NCBI GenBank assembly: GCA_013166775.1
Contig: JABLTJ010000037.1
Location: forward strand, 1 to 50,674
DNA length: 50,674 nucleotides
Origin: Promethearchaeati archaeon
GTDB taxonomy: Archaea > Asgardarchaeota > Heimdallarchaeia > Heimdallarchaeales > Heimdallarchaeaceae
Direction of reading: 5' to 3'
Shown: piece by piece, positions 45,540 through 50,674 of the stretch
Position numbering within the stretch: the stretch's first letter is position 1
Layout: the number at the start of each line of letters is the position of its first letter
Translations under genes and position numbers: made by a program
The notes under the pieces: generated by a model
What the model was told of the DNA's origin: nothing
The model's input: the letters and a program-made list of their open reading frames with translations, nothing else
The model's database searches: none

Positions 45540-47285
45540 GTGAGAAATATGATAAGAGGAGTAGATCTAATAAAAATTTACGAAGATCCTGTTACAGAGT
45601 ATAATGTAGCAGCGTTAAGAGGATTAGATATAGATGTTGATGATGGGGAATTAGTATCTATAATTGGTCCTAGTGGTTCAGGAAAAACAACTCTGATAAA
45701 CATTATTTCAGGAAGAGATATACCAAATGGTGGGTTGCTCATAGTAGATGGGTTAAGAATAGATAAATTAACTGAAAAAGAACGGAGAAGTTTCAGATAT
45801 GAGAACATTGGAATTGTTAATCAATTTGCAAGTCAGAATCTCTTTTCACATCTAACAGTGAGAGAGAATCTAATTATGCCAATGAAATTTAGGTATAAAT
45901 CAAGAAAAGAAGTTAGAGAAGATTTAGAAGAATTACTCCACTTATTCAATATTAAACACATAGAAAATAATAAAGCTTCTAGGATTTCTGGAGGAGAATC
46001 CATGAGATTATCTCTAGCAGCAGCAATGGCTAAGAAACCTAGATTTATTCTTGCTGATGAACCAACAGGAACTCTTGATAGTCAGAATACGTATGATGTC
46101 ATTGATATTCTAAAGAATGTAAACAAAAACATGGGTACAACTATTTTAGTTGTTACGCATGATATAAGATATAGGAATGTTTTCGACAAAAGTCTTACAA
46201 TCAGAGATGGGAGATTGGTTGGAATAGGAAATGAAACTGATAAAAAACAGCTTGATTTCCTAAAAGATTCTTCAGAATTAAATAAAGCATATATTGATTC
46301 TTCTGGATTCATACAAATTCCAGAAAAGATAAAAACATTGATTGCAATGGAAGATGTCGCAGAATTTGATATACATCCCTCTAAGAAATTAGCCATTCTA
46401 TGGAATCCAAAACTTATTCCTAAGGATGAAATTATAGATATATTACAGAAACCTGCTGGAGAGTGGATTGAAGAAAAACAAGAAGATCTAATGTTTGAGG
46501 ATATCGAAGACATATTTTCAAGAGTATTTAAACCAGAAAAAGAAGAATCACCTATTATCAAAATTAAAGGATTGACTAGAAGTTATGAAATATATGGGAA
46601 AAAGTATCCAGTAATTAAGGGCATAGATTTAGAGATTAACAAAGGTGATTTCATTTTTATTTCAGGTCCTTCAGGTGTTGGAAAGACCACTTTGCTAAAT
46701 CTGATAGCAGGACTTATACGTCCAGATGAAGGGAAAATCACAATAAAGAATTTTTCGTACAACAATAAAAATGACACAGCTATATCAGATTTCAGACTTG
46801 AAAATATTGCTTATATAACGCAATATCACTCGTTATTTGAACCTATTCCTTTGAAAGAAAATCTGCAGATTCCTTATCTATTCTTGAAAAAACCTTATGA
46901 TCAGATTTTTGGAGATGATGTTTCAAAAAGATGTCATATTTTTCATAAAAGAGATCAGTATCCTAATGAGTTAAGTGCAGGGGAAAAGCAAAGAGCAACC
47001 TTATCCTTGGCTTTGACTAGAAAAACACCAATCTTACTTGCTGATGAACCAACAGCGAATCTTGATTCAGAATTAGCAAGGGCCCTCATGAATGTTCTTA
47101 TGGATGTCGTAGAAAAGTTCAACGCAACATTCATCATGTGTTCTCATGATCTTTCACTTCTACGTTCAGGTTTTAGACATATTAAACTATCAGACGGAAT
47201 TGTTACTGAAGATACTCGAATGACAAAAAATAAGCTGAAAAAAACAATCAATGAATACTTACAGATTGAGAATAATAAGAAATAA
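45540..47285 (+). CDS. ABC ATPase with two LolD/MacB-type NBDs and a central AbrB/SpoVT-like segment (probable ATG 45549)
   Basis: GPSGSGKT/ISGGE/ILADEPT/VTHD and GPSGVGKT/LSAGE/LLADEPT/CSHD; linker AYIDSSGFIQIPEKIK; SD-like AGGTGA at 45538-45543. Confidence 0.9.
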   Translation: MRNMIRGVDLIKIYEDPVTEYNVAALRGLDIDVDDGELVSIIGPSGSGKTTLINIISGRDIPNGGLLIVDGLRIDKLTEKERRSFRYENIGIVNQFASQNLFSHLTVRENLIMPMKFRYKSRKEVREDLEELLHLFNIKHIENNKASRISGGESMRLSLAAAMAKKPRFILADEPTGTLDSQNTYDVIDILKNVNKNMGTTILVVTHDIRYRNVFDKSLTIRDGRLVGIGNETDKKQLDFLKDSSELNKAYIDSSGFIQIPEKIKTLIAMEDVAEFDIHPSKKLAILWNPKLIPKDEIIDILQKPAGEWIEEKQEDLMFEDIEDIFSRVFKPEKEESPIIKIKGLTRSYEIYGKKYPVIKGIDLEINKGDFIFISGPSGVGKTTLLNLIAGLIRPDEGKITIKNFSYNNKNDTAISDFRLENIAYITQYHSLFEPIPLKENLQIPYLFLKKPYDQIFGDDVSKRCHIFHKRDQYPNELSAGEKQRATLSLALTRKTPILLADEPTANLDSELARALMNVLMDVVEKFNATFIMCSHDLSLLRSGFRHIKLSDGIVTEDTRMTKNKLKKTINEYLQIENNKK

Positions 47286-47366
47286 TATACTTCCAACTTC
47301 TCTTCTGTTTTTTCAATAAATAGAATAACTTAATACTATGAATGAAATATTTCTGATGACCTTAAA

Positions 47367-48911
47367 ATGAAATACTATCTTGAAGCACATTTTAATCTAA
47401 GCGGATATATTCCAGAGGAGAGCAAAGATGAACTTCAAAAAATCTTCAATGAGTTTGTTACAAAAACTAACGAGACAAGATTAGAAGGAAATTTTGAAAT
47501 CCAAAAGTGGGAATCAAAGGAGAACAAACTTTTTCTAAAGATTGACTCAGAAGATTCTCTATCACCTCATGTAGCTATCTTAAGATTAAGGAAACAACTA
47601 TCCAATCAATTTGGGAAGAAATATCGTTTAGGAGTAAGAGGATTCAATTTTGACAAGTACACTATTGAGAATAAGATTGAAGACTTTCCTACCTCAGAGT
47701 TTACTCTACCATTGACCAAGAAATTAGATTTCAAAGAACAGAATGGGAAGAAATGGGTCAAGATAGAGATAGATCCTGAAATCGAAGAAGATTTCATCGA
47801 AAAAGGAGCTATTGAAAGAATTGTTCGTAGGGTTGGAGAAAAAATCTCCAAACAGCTTTATGGTTCTAAGAAAGAACATCATGAAATTGTATGGTACAGT
47901 GGAAAGAAAGAACTCCACACAGATGAAAATCCCACTCAATTAATGCAAAAAGCAAATTGGATTCAACGAACAAATTATCGTAACCAATGGATCCTATCTC
48001 CTACATTAACAACGTTAGCTGAAGCATTAAAACAAATAATGGTAGATCAAATTTACAAACCATTAGGATTTGACCAAATGATGATCCCAAAACTTGTGGA
48101 TTGGTCAGTTTGGATGCGATCAGAACATGCTGAAGGGATTTATCAAGGAGGATTTGAACCTTATTTTGTTGTTCAACCAAAAGAACCAACACCTGAATAT
48201 TTCGAGGAAATAGCAGATTATATTACAATAACGAAAACAATACCATCAGAAAAACTAGCTGAGAAAGTAACTGCGCCAATAGGAGGGCTTTCTTATGCTC
48301 AATGTCCTCCATTCTGGGTTTGGTTACAAGGTAAAACTCTAGCTAAGGAAAGTCTACCAATCAAAATTTATGACTGGTCTGGTCCAACATATAGGTATGA
48401 ATCTGGTTCAGCTTATGGATTTGAGAGAGTTGATGAACTTCATCGTATAGAAACTCTATTCATTGGTTCTCCTGAACAAACAAAGAAAATTGGTGGAGAA
48501 GTACGTGAAAAACTTCGTCTGATTTTTGATGAAGTACTCGATTTAGAAGTAAGAGAAGCTAGAGTAATGCCATGGTGGTTACAACAATCACACAAAGAAG
48601 AAGAAATGGATGCTGAAGAAGAACTTGTTGTAGGAACAATAGATTTCGAAGCTTACATGCCTTATAGAGGAAAGCGAGAAGATAGTGAATGGTTAGAGAT
48701 GCAGAATGTATCGGTGATTGGCCACAAGTATCCAAAGGGTTTCTCAGTAAAAGCTGAAGAGAATATTGAACTCTGGAGTGGATGTTGCGGTGGATCATTT
48801 GAAAGATTTCTTACAGCTTTCATAGCTCAAAAAGGAATAGACCAGAGCAAATGGCCTGAATCTTTCTTGAAATATATAGATAAGCTTCCAGAACCAATTA
48901 AGTTTCACTGA
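47367..48911 (+). CDS. serS: Serine--tRNA ligase, type 2 (methanogen-type, zinc-dependent)
   Basis: Mixed alpha/beta N-domain with H.AILR.RK...GK.YRLGVR; YAQCPPFW, YRYESG..GFERVDELHRIE, WLEMQN, LWSGCCG..FER. Confidence 0.92.
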   Translation: MKYYLEAHFNLSGYIPEESKDELQKIFNEFVTKTNETRLEGNFEIQKWESKENKLFLKIDSEDSLSPHVAILRLRKQLSNQFGKKYRLGVRGFNFDKYTIENKIEDFPTSEFTLPLTKKLDFKEQNGKKWVKIEIDPEIEEDFIEKGAIERIVRRVGEKISKQLYGSKKEHHEIVWYSGKKELHTDENPTQLMQKANWIQRTNYRNQWILSPTLTTLAEALKQIMVDQIYKPLGFDQMMIPKLVDWSVWMRSEHAEGIYQGGFEPYFVVQPKEPTPEYFEEIADYITITKTIPSEKLAEKVTAPIGGLSYAQCPPFWVWLQGKTLAKESLPIKIYDWSGPTYRYESGSAYGFERVDELHRIETLFIGSPEQTKKIGGEVREKLRLIFDEVLDLEVREARVMPWWLQQSHKEEEMDAEEELVVGTIDFEAYMPYRGKREDSEWLEMQNVSVIGHKYPKGFSVKAEENIELWSGCCGGSFERFLTAFIAQKGIDQSKWPESFLKYIDKLPEPIKFH

Positions 48912-49686
48912 TCTTATTCAGTTTTTGCTTGAAGTATAATTGTTGAGCATTTGTTTTCTTTTCATTGATTTTTTGAGCAACAGTTTGTATTGCATTATTT
49001 TCAAGTATCATTTCTTCTATCTTGAAACCGTTTATTGTGAGAAATAACCGCAATTCATCTTCAGTAAATGCTCTTAACATGATTTCATCTTCGAAAGTCT
49101 GCTTCTTTTCGCCTTCTTCTACTTCATATTTAGCATTCCATTTCCAGGTCCAACCATGTTCTAAATCGAAAGAGGTCTTACTTTTTCTCGAATACTTTCT
49201 TCCATCATAATTTGCTTTGTGTGACATTTCCTCTTTAAATGCAGTAAAGATTTCATATGCATTGAAATTATCAAACACAAGCCAACCTTCTTTCTGTAGA
49301 ACCTCATGAATAGAATTTAGTGCAAACATTACATCATGATTAGTAGTCATATGTGTAAAGGTTCTACCAGTTACAATAACAGCTTCATATTCCTCATCTA
49401 GTTCCAAATTCCTCATATCTCCACGAATGAAATTGCCATCAGGAACCATTTCTTTTGCAAGTTCAATCATTTCTTTCGATATGTCAAGACCTGTATAATC
49501 ATATTTGTGCTCAATAAAAAATTTGGCTAGATTCCCGCTTCCACATCCTATTTCTAGGATTTTACGGCAATTCAGTTTTGACAAATGTTTGTGATAGAGT
49601 TTGAAACCTTCTTCATAATTGAAGATTGATTGATACATTTCATGGTAAACTCTTGCAAATTCAGAATAGATTTTCATGACTTTCAT
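48898..49686 (-). CDS. Class I SAM-dependent methyltransferase
   Basis: ILEIGCGSG, GLDISKEM, GDMRNL, L..EGWLVFD. Confidence 0.9.
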   Translation of the reverse strand: MKVMKIYSEFARVYHEMYQSIFNYEEGFKLYHKHLSKLNCRKILEIGCGSGNLAKFFIEHKYDYTGLDISKEMIELAKEMVPDGNFIRGDMRNLELDEEYEAVIVTGRTFTHMTTNHDVMFALNSIHEVLQKEGWLVFDNFNAYEIFTAFKEEMSHKANYDGRKYSRKSKTSFDLEHGWTWKWNAKYEVEEGEKKQTFEDEIMLRAFTEDELRLFLTINGFKIEEMILENNAIQTVAQKINEKKTNAQQLYFKQKLNKISET

Positions 49687-49708
49687 TAAATATTTGTTTT
49701 TGTCTTTC

Positions 49709-49716
49709 TATATAAA
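49709..49716 (-). promoter_or_regulatory. Archaeal TATA box of methyltransferase gene
   Basis: TTTATATA on the minus strand, 22 nt upstream of ATG 49686. Confidence 0.6.
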
Positions 49717-49801
49717 TCTCATTCTCAAAGAGTTTAACCTTGAGTAGAGTACTCTTAATTCTCTCTAAATACTTTTAAGATTTAAATTTTATAACTATTC
49801 A

Positions 49802-50208
49802 ATGTTCTCTGCAAGAGTTAAGAAAATTATATTGCGTTCTCTGTTACTATTGTAGTAATTTTCACACTAAGTATAGTATTAGCTGCAAGAGATTCAGAAG
49901 CATTTTTTGGGATAGGATTAGGTTTTACTCCAGTATTTGGAGGTATTTTCAGGAGTGCTTTCATAAATAAGAAAGATGTAGCGTCTATCATTGGAATAAT
50001 GTTTGTTTTAGATTCATTTGTATTTGGTCCCATAATTCATGAAGTATGGTATGTAATGACATTTTCATCTGATTATTTATTTGGTATGATGATGGGAATG
50101 ATAGCTGGAGGAATTATGGTTATTGTAGGTTTCTTAACACTTCTTTTAAGACACATAATAGAAAAAAAATGGTTAGCAAATAAAACATCAGATAGTAATA
50201 ATCAATAG
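49802..50208 (+). pseudogene. About 135-aa 4-TM membrane protein with a single-base frameshift near its 5' end
   Basis: The frame of ORF 49999..50208 stays open and hydrophobic back to 49822 with no start codon; ATG 49802 (MFSARVKK) joins it if one A is added in the run at about 49823-49826. Confidence 0.6.
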
Positions 50209-50421
50209 TATCTGTTAAGATTTGGATGAATTTAAATGTACATAAAAAATATACTTTAATCAAAAAGCTAATAGTGTTATGTAAAAAAGGTTAGAAAATA
50301 ATTTCTATCCCAATTTAGTTTAATCATACCCTTAGTTTTTGTGATGAGTTTGATGATTAACATGAAAAAGAAAAGGGTTTCAAATTTGATTCTTTGTAAA
50401 TATCTTTTTTTTTATTTTAAT

Positions 50422-50674
50422 TTAACCAATACATATTTCAGGATGAAATATAAACAAGAATATTCCAATTATAACTAAAATACCAAAAACACTCACTGTG
50501 ACAATTATACCATATCCTAGAATTGAATTTAATATGAGGGATAATGAAATAAGTCGTCTATTAATAATCTTAAGTTCATCATCCTTTTTTTTCAAATTGT
50601 ACAAGAAAATGATAAAGCTTAGAGCAAATATTATCCATGAAATTATAAGAATTGGAATAAGATAAGGTCTAGTC
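50422..50674 (-). CDS. Partial (5'-truncated) membrane protein running off the window end
   Basis: The frame of ORF 50422..50604 stays open to the window edge (TRPYLIPILIISWIIFALSFIIFLYNLKKK...). Confidence 0.6.
   Translation of the reverse strand, partial: TRPYLIPILIISWIIFALSFIIFLYNLKKKDDELKIINRRLISLSLILNSILGYGIIVTVSVFGILVIIGIFLFIFHPEICIG

Noticed and set aside
6717-50033. Many short antisense or nested ORFs in the track (e.g. 6717..6986, 8766..9023, 14619..14939, 19577..19918, 26299..26616, 39043..39387, 46082..46561, 47606..47851, 49827..50033)
   Set aside because: All lie inside longer well-supported genes, mostly as antisense shadows, and have no motifs

Overview
AT-rich (about 30% GC by eye), gene-dense archaeal chromosomal window. 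Several features point to an Asgard archaeon, probably Heimdallarchaeia-like (inference): TATA boxes 21-23 nt before start codons, Taw1/TYW1, tungsten-type AORs, a methanogen-type SerRS, longin/uDENN-like domains and many TPR/HEAT solenoids. In order, the window holds a dTDP-L-rhamnose operon (rmlACDB) with glycosyltransferases and a sulfotransferase, an RlmF-like methyltransferase, a GT-C membrane glycosyltransferase, an MFS-DUF47/PhoU fusion and a surface metzincin with a C-terminal sorting tail. Next come three tandem TPR-longin paralogues, divergent from an orphan amino-DNA methyltransferase and a stand-alone NPRL2/FLCN-type uDENN-longin gene, followed by an RHH regulator. The rest comprises GNAT-TPR, HEAT proteins, taw1, STAS-like, GtrA, two zinc-ribbon membrane genes, two tandem AORs, a hydrolase, a 2-hydroxyacid dehydrogenase, an MFS, a giant FtsX/MacB-type permease with a two-NBD ATPase, type-2 SerRS and a SAM methyltransferase. 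I saw no tRNA, rRNA, CRISPR array or transposase. The best candidate for an undescribed system is the longin-rich locus at 14.5-23.9 kb. Reading the raw sequence also revealed three broken genes that the ORF track misses or mis-calls (4805-4993, 28953-29362, 49802-50208). All family assignments come from motif recognition by eye, not from database searches.
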